This document shows positions 15,459 through 26,594 of a stretch of DNA of 64,000 nucleotides, one piece after another. Numbering within the stretch: position 1 is the stretch's first letter; every line of letters begins with the position of its first letter. The notes under the pieces are model-generated. The model saw only the letters and a program-made list of their open reading frames with translations. It searched no databases and was not told where the DNA came from. Both the position numbers and the translations under genes were made by a program. The DNA is from an uncultured bacterium. Lineage in GTDB: Bacteria > Fidelibacterota > Marinisomatia > Marinisomatales > UBA1611. The stretch is from assembly GCA_943788175.1 (NCBI GenBank), contig CALSPG010000005.1, forward strand, positions 70,211 through 134,210, given 5' to 3'.

Positions 15459-18367
15459 AAATTTTATTTACAGTAGTTATTATTACCTTAAACTTTTGTT
15501 TTTCTCAAGGCGCTTGGATGTTAAGTAATCGTACGCACCCAGAACTTGAATGGGCGACAATAAAGACAAAGAATTTTAATATACACTACCATGATGATAT
15601 TTACGATATTGCTTTAAAAGGAGCAAATATAGCAGAAAAAGTAAGACCAATTTTGATGAAGCAAGTTGGCTTAGATTCTCTAATAAGACTTGACATTGTT
15701 TTCACTTCAGAGGATGAAATAATGAATGGTTTTGCAGTCCCAGCTAATTATACTGTTATATGGGTAGATCAAAATGATGTTGCTGTTTGGAATGAGGGTG
15801 AAAAGTGGTTAAGAACAGTTCTTGCTCATGAGCTTCAACATCTTATTTATTTTAACGTTATTAAATCATGGCTACCGTTCCCAATGAATCAATTGTACGG
15901 AGGTGCACCAGCTTGGGTCGTTGAAGGTTTAGCTGAATATTTTACGGAGCAATGGAGACCATTAAGGTTTGATATTTCTCATAAGTACCATACCCTTAAA
16001 AACTCATTACATAAAATACAAGATCCTCATAATGATGGTTTTTCGAAAGTTCTTTATTTTGCAGATAAATATGGTGATCAAAAACTTGTTCAAATCTTAA
16101 ATCACAGAGATAGTTTAAAACTATTCAATTTTCCTCAAGCTTTTGAAATGCATACGGGAGTTACTATTAAGCAGTTTGAAGAAGATTGGCGTAGACAAAT
16201 GAGTACATATTATTACGGATTGAGATCTCAAAAAGAAACGTATGGGGATGTGGGTAAAACGTATGCATTACCTATGAAAGATGTTTATGGTTTTGATTGG
16301 TTCAAGGGAGACTCTACAAAAATTTTAATGGTCGGTAAATTAAATAAAAATCAGAGAGATTTATCTTTAGTATTGGCAATTAGAGATACAAGTAAAGAAA
16401 GAGCTAGAAGAAAAAACCTTTTAGAAAAAGGAGAAAAAATAACAAAAAAGAACACTAGACCATTATGGAAACTTAAAGAGATTGATTATGGTAGAATTTC
16501 AAATTTTGTAAAAGTATCACCTGATGGCTCAAAAATCCTTTATTCAAAATATGGATTTGGTGAAAATCAATCACTCACCTGGGATGTTTACTACCATAAT
16601 ATTGATTTAAAAAAGAACGAAAGAGTAACAAGATCTAAAAGAGCTAGTAACGCTTGCTGGTCACCGGATAGTAAAAGCATTGCCTTTGTTGCACATAAAA
16701 ACAGCTCTTCAAATTTGTATATTACATCATTAAGTGATATCAGTAATGTTAGGAGAATAACTAATTATTCTGGGGATGTTCAAATCGTAACCCCTGCGTG
16801 GAGTCCGGATGGTAAAAGCATAGCCTTTGCTTTATCAAAAGAGGATGGGAATATGGATATTGTTGTTTTTGATTTAGAAAGAAAAGAACCGATTAGGATA
16901 ACGAAAGATAAGCAAGTGGACTACCTACCTGTCTGGCATCCTAGTGGTAACAAAATCACATATACATCCCACTCGAATATGACTCCTAATTTTTATACTG
17001 TTGATATAAAAACGTCACAAATAATTCAAAATACGAATGTAGGTGGCTTTGTCTCTAGTGTTGGTTGGAAATTTGATAATTCAGCTATTACAGGTATGAC
17101 TTTAGGTGATGTTGATTCTTCAAGGGTAGTGGATATCTTCCCTAATAGATTAGCTAATATTGATGAAATTAAGATGAATCCTAAATTCTCAAGTTGGAAA
17201 AATAAGACTCCTGATATTTCCATACCAAACCTTGATTCTATTCCTGATATTATTGATAGCCTGGAATCAATAAAATATTCTTCACTTAGAAACATAAAGC
17301 ACTTTGCAACGATTATAATTCCCGATATTACTGGATTAGTCTACAATGGTGCTTATGCTGATGCAACTGGACGAGAGATGTTCCAATCATTTGTTTTTAG
17401 TGATTGGAAAAATATCGCTGGTGGGTTCGGTTATTTAAATGCAACCGGAAAACCAATAGGTGGTTTTTGGGGTTTTAATTATTACAAAGATATATTTTTT
17501 AAAGAAAGAACATATAATAAAGATAAGGGCTCTTTAATTGAATTTTATAATGGTGTGGAATTGTTTGGTTATCAGAATTATAATTTTGGTAGAAGGATTT
17601 CGAGCAATCATAATTTAAAATATTCATTAACATTTTTTAATCGTGAAGTAACCTATCAGCCAGATAGTTTAGATGTTTTTCAAGAACTTGTTCCGCAAAG
17701 TGGAGAAGAAGGTGCTTTTTCTATTTCATATACATTCGTGAATAAAAGGCCGGAACTGAATGGTGTTTTAATGCCTCGGAATGGATATGGTCTAAGACTA
17801 TCCACCAAGTTCATCGATGAAAAAATTTGGGGTGATTTCACCTATAATTATTACGAATTAGATTCTTATATAAATCAAAAAGTTGGTCCATTTACTTTTT
17901 ATTCTAGAGCAAGGTATGAGAATATTTCAGGATCACCTCCTAATCAAGAGACAACTGGCTTAGTTGATATTCCAACTAATTACTTTGCTGGGCAGATTAT
18001 TCTTGGTAAAGAGCATATGAGTCCTCGAGGATATACTGGTTCTATTTTGGGAAGTAGTGCTTTTATTGGTACAGCAGAATTTAGAAGTCCTCTAATTAAT
18101 TTAAATATTATCCAAATTTTAAAAATTATTAAAGCTGGTAAAATATCATTTTCTATGATATCTGATTATGGAAAAGTTTGGGGTTCTGAGAATGAAAACT
18201 GGGTAGTTACGGCAGGCATAGAAAGTAGGATTTCATTACTAATTGGCAATTTTCCGCTTTTAGTTTATAGTGCAGGAATTGCACAGACGACTAATGATTG
18301 GTCAAAAAACCCAGATGCTAAAAATGTGGATCCTTACTTTAGATTAGCTTTAATCAATCCTTTTTAA
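15455..18367 (+). CDS. Large outer-membrane protein: signal peptide, HExxH metallopeptidase-like domain, TolB-type beta-propeller, C-terminal beta-barrel (paralogue 1)
   Basis: It carries HELQH (nt 15827-15841) with a downstream VVEGLAEYF. Propeller blades repeat as SPDGSKILY, WSPDSKSIAF, WSPDGKSIAF and WHPSGNKITY. The C-terminal third has alternating strands and ends in ...LALINPF, a terminal aromatic typical of outer-membrane barrels. It is colinear with the ORF at 60431. Confidence 0.6.
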   Translation: MKILFTVVIITLNFCFSQGAWMLSNRTHPELEWATIKTKNFNIHYHDDIYDIALKGANIAEKVRPILMKQVGLDSLIRLDIVFTSEDEIMNGFAVPANYTVIWVDQNDVAVWNEGEKWLRTVLAHELQHLIYFNVIKSWLPFPMNQLYGGAPAWVVEGLAEYFTEQWRPLRFDISHKYHTLKNSLHKIQDPHNDGFSKVLYFADKYGDQKLVQILNHRDSLKLFNFPQAFEMHTGVTIKQFEEDWRRQMSTYYYGLRSQKETYGDVGKTYALPMKDVYGFDWFKGDSTKILMVGKLNKNQRDLSLVLAIRDTSKERARRKNLLEKGEKITKKNTRPLWKLKEIDYGRISNFVKVSPDGSKILYSKYGFGENQSLTWDVYYHNIDLKKNERVTRSKRASNACWSPDSKSIAFVAHKNSSSNLYITSLSDISNVRRITNYSGDVQIVTPAWSPDGKSIAFALSKEDGNMDIVVFDLERKEPIRITKDKQVDYLPVWHPSGNKITYTSHSNMTPNFYTVDIKTSQIIQNTNVGGFVSSVGWKFDNSAITGMTLGDVDSSRVVDIFPNRLANIDEIKMNPKFSSWKNKTPDISIPNLDSIPDIIDSLESIKYSSLRNIKHFATIIIPDITGLVYNGAYADATGREMFQSFVFSDWKNIAGGFGYLNATGKPIGGFWGFNYYKDIFFKERTYNKDKGSLIEFYNGVELFGYQNYNFGRRISSNHNLKYSLTFFNREVTYQPDSLDVFQELVPQSGEEGAFSISYTFVNKRPELNGVLMPRNGYGLRLSTKFIDEKIWGDFTYNYYELDSYINQKVGPFTFYSRARYENISGSPPNQETTGLVDIPTNYFAGQIILGKEHMSPRGYTGSILGSSAFIGTAEFRSPLINLNIIQILKIIKAGKISFSMISDYGKVWGSENENWVVTAGIESRISLLIGNFPLLVYSAGIAQTTNDWSKNPDAKNVDPYFRLALINPF

Positions 18368-19071
18368 TTCAATAACCCTTTTCGGTTTATCGAAATATAT
18401 ATGGTTATTGGATCGATTCTAAATCGATTACTGCTCTCTGTATATACTTCTCTATCAATACCGATTACAGAACTCCAGTTTTCATTTATTAGAAATTGAA
18501 ATTCTACTATTGTTTGAAATCTAGATAAATTGAATAAAACAATTTCTGATATTTGATGGTAGTATTCAAGTTCCGCTTTCGTTTTGACTTTGTTAAAATC
18601 CCTATCGATTGTAATGGCGCTTTTTAAGTATGTCGTTTTTTCATCACTTTCTATGAAATCTGATTTATCATATGCCCAACCAATTTCTGAAGTAATATTA
18701 CCCTGAAGTTCATCTTTAATAAGAGCGCCAAGGCCTTGATTAAAATGATATCTTAAATTTTCTCCAGACTTATGATAAACGTATGTAGTAAAATGATAAA
18801 GTCTTGAGTTAAAATCATATTTATTACTTGATTTTGACCTTATTCTAACATCTGAAACTGATTTGAAAAAGTGTGCATATATTCTCAAATCTCTAAAAGT
18901 ATTATCATTAACCCTTTTTATTCTATAAAAAGAGGATAAGCCGGTTTGATTTATTTCAGTATTACTAACTACTCCAAGCCGAACAAAATTATTCCAAACA
19001 ATATTTTTTTCTTCTGGGTTATGAGCGAAAAGGTATGATAATGCAAATAAAAAGACTCTCTTTTTAATCAT
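18364..19071 (-). CDS. Hypothetical exported protein, predicted small outer-membrane beta-barrel (DUF481/YdiY-like guess)
   Basis: It has an N-terminal signal-like segment, MIKKRVFLFALSYLFA. Short amphipathic Tyr/aromatic-rich segments repeat (YHFTTYVYHKS, ITSEIGWAYDKS, TKAELEYYHQIS, TIVEFQFLINE). There is an ATGA overlap with the ABC-2 permease. Confidence 0.35.
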   Translation of the reverse strand: MIKKRVFLFALSYLFAHNPEEKNIVWNNFVRLGVVSNTEINQTGLSSFYRIKRVNDNTFRDLRIYAHFFKSVSDVRIRSKSSNKYDFNSRLYHFTTYVYHKSGENLRYHFNQGLGALIKDELQGNITSEIGWAYDKSDFIESDEKTTYLKSAITIDRDFNKVKTKAELEYYHQISEIVLFNLSRFQTIVEFQFLINENWSSVIGIDREVYTESSNRFRIDPITIYISINRKGLLN

Positions 19072-19832
19072 TGTTTAATTCTTTTACCAGACTGCATCAT
19101 AATTAATGCTAGGCTAGTAAATAATATCGTTAACAATATTGCCATCCAAAGACTTGTGCTAACTGGAGAATCACTTTTTTCTAAAATTGTATATCTAATA
19201 CCATTTATCATATAATAAATAGGATTTAGAAAACTAAGGCTTTGAGCCCAGTTTGGGAGCATATTAATCGAGTAAAAAACTCCACCTAAAAAGCTTAAAG
19301 GCGTTAGAAAAAAGTTCTGGATCATTGCAAGTTGGTCCCAGCTTTCTGCAATCTGCCCCATTACTAATCCCATGCTAGAAAATGCCCATGATACTAGAAA
19401 TATAAAAAGTAAAGTTCCTGCAATATCATGTACTGGCAAATCAATTAGAACTATACCTACAATTAAGACTAAGATCCCATTAACCATGCCTCTCACAGTA
19501 CCTCCAATAATATAAGCAAGTGCAATTTCAAAACCGGAAAGAGGAGCAGTCAAAAGATCAGGAAGCTGTTGTAAAAGTTTCATTTGTAACATTGAAGATG
19601 AGGTGTTAGATGAGGCATTTGTAAGGGTATTCATCATAATTAAACCAGGTAAAATAAACATGGTATATGATATACCTTGAATTTCAGATATTCTTTGTTC
19701 TAAGGTGAATCCAAATATTAAAATATACAAAACAGAAGAGATCAGTCCTGGGATGACTGTTTGGCGATAAACAGAAAAAAACCTACCCACTTCTCTACTT
19801 GTTAATGTGTATAGCCCAACCCAGTTAATCAT
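19068..19832 (-). CDS. ABC-2 type transporter permease (YadH-like)
   Basis: 254 aa with about six hydrophobic segments. It has an ABC-2 layout and lies directly downstream of the cognate ATPase. Confidence 0.8.
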   Translation of the reverse strand: MINWVGLYTLTSREVGRFFSVYRQTVIPGLISSVLYILIFGFTLEQRISEIQGISYTMFILPGLIMMNTLTNASSNTSSSMLQMKLLQQLPDLLTAPLSGFEIALAYIIGGTVRGMVNGILVLIVGIVLIDLPVHDIAGTLLFIFLVSWAFSSMGLVMGQIAESWDQLAMIQNFFLTPLSFLGGVFYSINMLPNWAQSLSFLNPIYYMINGIRYTILEKSDSPVSTSLWMAILLTILFTSLALIMMQSGKRIKQ

Positions 19833-19846
19833 AACTAACTTTGATT

Positions 19847-20788
19847 TTATTCATTGATACTCTTACCTGTCAAATTCAAAAAAACATCTTCTAATGAAGA
19901 AGTTTCAGTTTTGATACTGTGGATAGCAATATTTTTTGAAGACAGTTCGTGAATTATTTTTGGTATAGCTAATTCTGGATTTTTAACACTGAAATGAACT
20001 CTTGAATCTTCAACAGTATATTCTTGATCTAAAGTAGGAATTTTTAAATCATTAATATTAGTATTTTTTGATAATTGAACTGTAACACCCGATTTACCTA
20101 ATTCTTCTGTAAGTGCCTTTGGAGACCCTTCTTTTAAAATTTTCCCTTCATCTATGATTGATACATTTTCGCAAAGTAATTCAGCTTCCTCAATGTAATG
20201 AGTTGTTAGGAGTATAGTTTTTCCTTTGCTATGAAGTTCTCTAAGGTAGTTCCATAGCTCATGACGGAGTTCGACATCCACACCAGCAGTAGGCTCATCA
20301 AGGATTAAGATATCTGGATCATGCACTAATGCCTTTGCAATTTGAAACCGTCTTTTCATACCTCCTGATAATTGGCGAAGTTTAGAATTTCTCTTTTTTT
20401 CTAAACCAAGTTTATTTAGAAGTTCATGAATTTTTGATTTAGCATCAATTCGATTAATTCCATAATAACCAGCTTGGAAGTATAATAGTTTTTCAATACT
20501 GAAAAACCAGTCCAGAGATAGTTCCTGTGCTGCAATACCTATTTTAGATCTTGTCTCACGATAATCAACGACTGTATCTTTTCCAAAAACGAGACAATTG
20601 CCACTATCCTTAAAAACTAAGCCAGTAAGAATATTGATTGTTGTAGTTTTCCCTGCCCCATTTGGCCCCAGTAATCCAAAAAATTCCCCATTAGAAATGT
20701 TTACGTTTACGCCATTTAGTGCATGAACATTTTTGTAGGATTTTTTAAGATTACTAATTTGTATGGCAAAATTGTTCATAAAGGACAA
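19847..20788 (-). CDS. ABC transporter ATP-binding protein (ABC-2 exporter ATPase, YadG-like)
   Basis: Walker A is GLLGPNGAGKTTT, the signature is LSGGMKRRFQIAKAL and Walker B is ILILDEPTAGVD. A roughly 90-aa C-terminal extension is present. Confidence 0.9.
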   Translation of the reverse strand: MSFMNNFAIQISNLKKSYKNVHALNGVNVNISNGEFFGLLGPNGAGKTTTINILTGLVFKDSGNCLVFGKDTVVDYRETRSKIGIAAQELSLDWFFSIEKLLYFQAGYYGINRIDAKSKIHELLNKLGLEKKRNSKLRQLSGGMKRRFQIAKALVHDPDILILDEPTAGVDVELRHELWNYLRELHSKGKTILLTTHYIEEAELLCENVSIIDEGKILKEGSPKALTEELGKSGVTVQLSKNTNINDLKIPTLDQEYTVEDSRVHFSVKNPELAIPKIIHELSSKNIAIHSIKTETSSLEDVFLNLTGKSINE

Positions 20789-21103
20789 TTAAAATCCAAT
20801 TTCTGAATCAAAGGGACTTGGAAAATCAAAACCTTCTGATCCGGGGAAGTGAGCGATAGAAACAATAAACCCCCATGGAATCAATATAGATGCTTCCACT
20901 TTTTGAGTAGTATTTTTTGTTGTTGAGTTCGATTTTGGTATCTTAAACTGAGGTTGATAAATCCAGATTCCGTGCCCATCATAACCTTTTACGCGAGCAA
21001 AAATTTTGTCACTTTCAATCCCAATTTTTTTAAGTGGCTCATGCCCTTCCAATATTATGAGTATTATATCGCCAACTACTTCTTCAATGTTCATCATATT
21101 CAT
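20789..21103 (-). CDS. Hypothetical 104-aa protein
   Basis: The ORF abuts the ABC ATPase start with no spacer. No signal peptide and no recognisable motif are present. Confidence 0.45.
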   Translation of the reverse strand: MNMMNIEEVVGDIILIILEGHEPLKKIGIESDKIFARVKGYDGHGIWIYQPQFKIPKSNSTTKNTTQKVEASILIPWGFIVSIAHFPGSEGFDFPSPFDSEIGF

Positions 21104-21153
21104 TGCATAAATTAATGTATTATAGCTTAATAGTAATTATACAAAATTAGTAT

Positions 21154-23608
<2,455 letters not shown>

Positions 23609-23615
<7 letters not shown>

Positions 23616-24127
23616 AATTTCCCATCAATACTGTGGTAATTCATTTTCAGTTTGTCAATTTGTTTTTCTTTTAAATTGTACACTGTACATGTGTCATAAG
23701 GGTTTGCATAAATGTGAAGGGTTATGACAGGTTTATTGCTACAGTTTTCTATTGAATGAATATCTGCTGGTCCATCTAGATAGCCTTCTGATGCAGTAAT
23801 TTTTTCTTCAAGACTGAGTTTTAAGGGAGCTAAAGATTTAATTGAGTAGTTACTAATTTTTAAGCTCCCGTTAATCACTTTAAACCAGCATTTTTCTCCC
23901 TCGTGCCCATGTATAGGCGCCATTTGATTCGGTAGCCAGCATAATAAGATTATTTCAAAATCATCATTTCTAAATATTCTATTTCTTGTATACATAGATT
24001 TACTAAAGTGAGAATATTTTTTTATGATATTTTCTTGAATATCACTATTCAAAATAGTTGATGAAACGTCTTTTACTGGGAAGTCATAAAGACTATGTTT
24101 TTTTAGTTGGCTAATTAATGATTTCAT
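23609..24127 (-). CDS. Cupin-fold protein, cysteine dioxygenase type I-like
   Basis: WLPNQMAPIHGHEGEKCWFKVINGSL matches the CDO-type cupin motif (W-x-P-x-Q-x-x-P-I-H-x-H). A second His lies in ADIHSIEN. Confidence 0.6.
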
Positions 24128-24593
24128 TACTCTTTTCCATATTAAAAGTAGACCAATTTTCTATTTTTCTTTGCGTAATGCTATTACTTAAACAATCTTT
24201 CATCCAAGCACTTTTAGTTATTTCACTTTTGATAAAATATTTGATGGCACAACTAGCATCGCTTTCATAACTAGAAGGCACATCTAGTTCGTTGTTATGA
24301 GCAAGTATGATGAATTTAGAAATTGTCTTCTTTGAATATTGTCCAACTTCGGATAGTGCATTCATTGCTTCAAAAATATAGTTTATATTGTTAGAGTTCA
24401 ATTCAATTTCTAGTTGAAGAACGATTCCTTCTTTATTTTCATAAAAATGTATTCCAAGTACCTCTAAAGTAGATGTATTTGAGTTATACTTATAATCGAG
24501 AATCGTTTTAATCTGTTTTTCACTATATATGGGCTTTATATCTGCTGCATATGGAGAACAGAGTAGTATTAATATTGTTAAAATAACGTTCAT
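24111..24593 (-). CDS. Hypothetical exported protein (160 aa)
   Basis: It has the N-terminal signal MNVILTILILLCSPYAAD. No known motif is present. Confidence 0.45.
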   Translation of the reverse strand: MNVILTILILLCSPYAADIKPIYSEKQIKTILDYKYNSNTSTLEVLGIHFYENKEGIVLQLEIELNSNNINYIFEAMNALSEVGQYSKKTISKFIILAHNNELDVPSSYESDASCAIKYFIKSEITKSAWMKDCLSNSITQRKIENWSTFNMEKSNEIIN

Positions 24594-24874
24594 TTTTTTT
24601 GTTTACTTATTAATATTATACCAAACAATAAAAGTAAACATACGAAAAGAACGGATGTTTTCTGAATTTTTTTCTTTGAGGTTACCACAGAACTAGCATG
24701 TAAATCATAGTTATCAGCCAATAATGAATCTAATCCGAATTTCCAAATTAAGGTGTCTGCATTCATTGACATCGCATTGCCGGAGATTGCTTCACCCGGT
24801 AATAATAATTTTATTATAAAGTTATCATCTTTTAATCCCAGAGAAGATTTTAAGCGATCTTCATGCGCTTTCAT
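24590..24874 (-). CDS. Hypothetical 94-aa protein with a C-terminal transmembrane anchor (possibly the 3' part of the upstream gene)
   Basis: The C-terminal hydrophobic segment is VLFVCLLLLFGIILI, followed by SKQKK. The ATG sits inside an A7 run and overlaps the upstream ORF by 14 nt. Confidence 0.4.
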   Translation of the reverse strand: MKAHEDRLKSSLGLKDDNFIIKLLLPGEAISGNAMSMNADTLIWKFGLDSLLADNYDLHASSVVTSKKKIQKTSVLFVCLLLLFGIILISKQKK

Positions 24875-25538
24875 TTTTTTCGATAAAGATGTTCGAAAAC
24901 TTTTGACTTACTTTGAATGGTCTCAATGTATTGTGAATGAAAACAGTTCTATTATCTTGAATATTTTTCAATTCATCAAAAGTTGAAACTCTAGAGAATG
25001 AATTTTTAAAGTGATTAACCAATCTAGGTCTATTTATTTTTTCTTCTTTGTAAATGTCATTTGCTTCTAAATCAGTAAGCGCTTTATCTATAATTACCGT
25101 TAATGCTTCTGGTAGCCATAAAAGACTATCTAATTTATTATTCATTATTGCGTTGTAAAGAATTGGGTACTCATTTTGTATATTTCTGCCAATAAACCTC
25201 ATTTTAAAACTATTTATTTTTGAAATAGATTTAATTTTTTGTTGAAAATTAAAATCAAAGCCTAAACTATGTTTGGGATTGAAATTAAACATTGAATCTT
25301 TTATAACTAGATGAGATATAGTTTTCCAAACTGAGTCAGTTTTAATTAATTCATATGAGCTATTTTTATCATTAAAAGGTGGGTGCTCAAAATCATTATC
25401 GAGTATATCTGTAGAATCTCCAATACTTGTAATCCTCAAGTATGTTTTGCCATCCGGTAGTATTTGAATAAAAATTTCGTTCTCGACACAAGACATGCTT
25501 ATAAAAATAATTAATAATATGGAGAATTTTATTTTCAC
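24861..25538 (-). CDS. Hypothetical lipoprotein
   Basis: An in-frame GTG at 25538 gives VKIKFSILLIIFISMSC, a signal peptide plus lipobox-like ISMSC. The longest ORF (to 25652) would overlap the divergent gene at 25600. The start choice is an inference. Confidence 0.45.
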   Translation of the reverse strand: MKIKFSILLIIFISMSCVENEIFIQILPDGKTYLRITSIGDSTDILDNDFEHPPFNDKNSSYELIKTDSVWKTISHLVIKDSMFNFNPKHSLGFDFNFQQKIKSISKINSFKMRFIGRNIQNEYPILYNAIMNNKLDSLLWLPEALTVIIDKALTDLEANDIYKEEKINRPRLVNHFKNSFSRVSTFDELKNIQDNRTVFIHNTLRPFKVSQKFSNIFIEKNESA

Positions 25539-25599
25539 GTTACAATATGAATTTACGAAGTAATTATTTATTAGGGGAGTTGCGCAAATCATATAATTA

Positions 25600-26472
25600 A
25601 TGTTATTTTTATATATGCTTATAAACTTATTGAGAAGCACTACCCTTGCCATTTTATTATTTGTTCCTCAATTATTTTCTCAAAAAACAGATCAACATAC
25701 TTTCATTGTTAATACTGATCATGGTTTTATTGACTATGCTAATAGAATAATTGTTTGTAGGGGGACATCTGAAATTGAAGAAAAAACTCCAGTAGATAAC
25801 TCATTAAAACTTGTAGCAAAAAATTTAAAAATAGCAAAAGCTGAGGCTAGAACAATAGCCCGGTCAAACTTAATAGAATTAATGAAGCAGGTCAACTTTG
25901 ATGGGCGTTCAGTTGGTGAATTGATGGATGATGAACCTCTTATTGAAAGCAGATTAGAAGGCCTAATTGGAAGTGCTTACCAGCAAGGTGAAATAGAATA
26001 TTTAGAAGGTGACAAAGTTGCTATAGCGTTAGCGGTCAGGATGTCTGGATTATCAGAAATACTTACAGATATAGAAGGATACAAATCAGACAACATGAAT
26101 CCTGCTTACTTAATGACCAGTGCTGCTATTCCTAAAAGTCAGCGAATATCTGGAATTGTAATTGACGCTCGAGAGCATGCAGTAGATCCATCCATGAGCC
26201 CAGAGGTAATTGATATGCAGGGCAACTTAGTTTATGGAACTATAAGTTATTCTCGTTCAAAAGCCGTTAACCGTGGCCCGGTTGGATACGCTTACTCAAT
26301 GGATGATAGGAATGTTAGTCAGCGTGTAGGTAGTAACCCGCTTTTCATTGAAGCCGTTGGATCATTAGACGATGATATTTACATAACGAGCATGGATGCA
26401 AATAAAGTAAGAACGGCAGAAAAGAGTTTTGGCGTATTATCGAACTGTCGAGTTATGCTCTTGCTGCAATAG
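25600..26472 (+). CDS. Hypothetical exported protein (LPP20-like region is a guess)
   Basis: It has the signal peptide LRSTTLAILLFVPQLFSQ and a helical region, KIAKAEARTIARSNLIELMKQV. The start could also be the ATG at 25615. Confidence 0.45.
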   Translation: MLFLYMLINLLRSTTLAILLFVPQLFSQKTDQHTFIVNTDHGFIDYANRIIVCRGTSEIEEKTPVDNSLKLVAKNLKIAKAEARTIARSNLIELMKQVNFDGRSVGELMDDEPLIESRLEGLIGSAYQQGEIEYLEGDKVAIALAVRMSGLSEILTDIEGYKSDNMNPAYLMTSAAIPKSQRISGIVIDAREHAVDPSMSPEVIDMQGNLVYGTISYSRSKAVNRGPVGYAYSMDDRNVSQRVGSNPLFIEAVGSLDDDIYITSMDANKVRTAEKSFGVLSNCRVMLLLQ

Positions 26473-26526
26473 ATGAAAGAGTTTTACTTTTATAAATCGA
26501 AAAAATATAATATTAGTTCATAATTG

Positions 26527-26562
26527 AACGGTCATTCATTTTTTGAGTGGCCGTTTTTTTTT
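26527..26562 (+). terminator. Rho-independent terminator
   Basis: AACGGTCA-(13 nt)-TGGCCGTT forms an 8-bp stem with one G-U pair, running into a T9 tract. It lies 55 nt after the stop at 26472. Confidence 0.7.
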
Positions 26563-26594
26563 AGCTATTTTAGAAGAATAATTTAGATTAAGTC

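Noticed and set aside
25539-25652. A longer version of the minus-strand lipoprotein ORF. It overlaps the divergent gene that starts at 25600.
   Set aside because: The in-frame GTG at 25538 gives a canonical basic-hydrophobic-Cys lipoprotein N-terminus. The upstream 38 codons are not signal-like. The choice remains uncertain.
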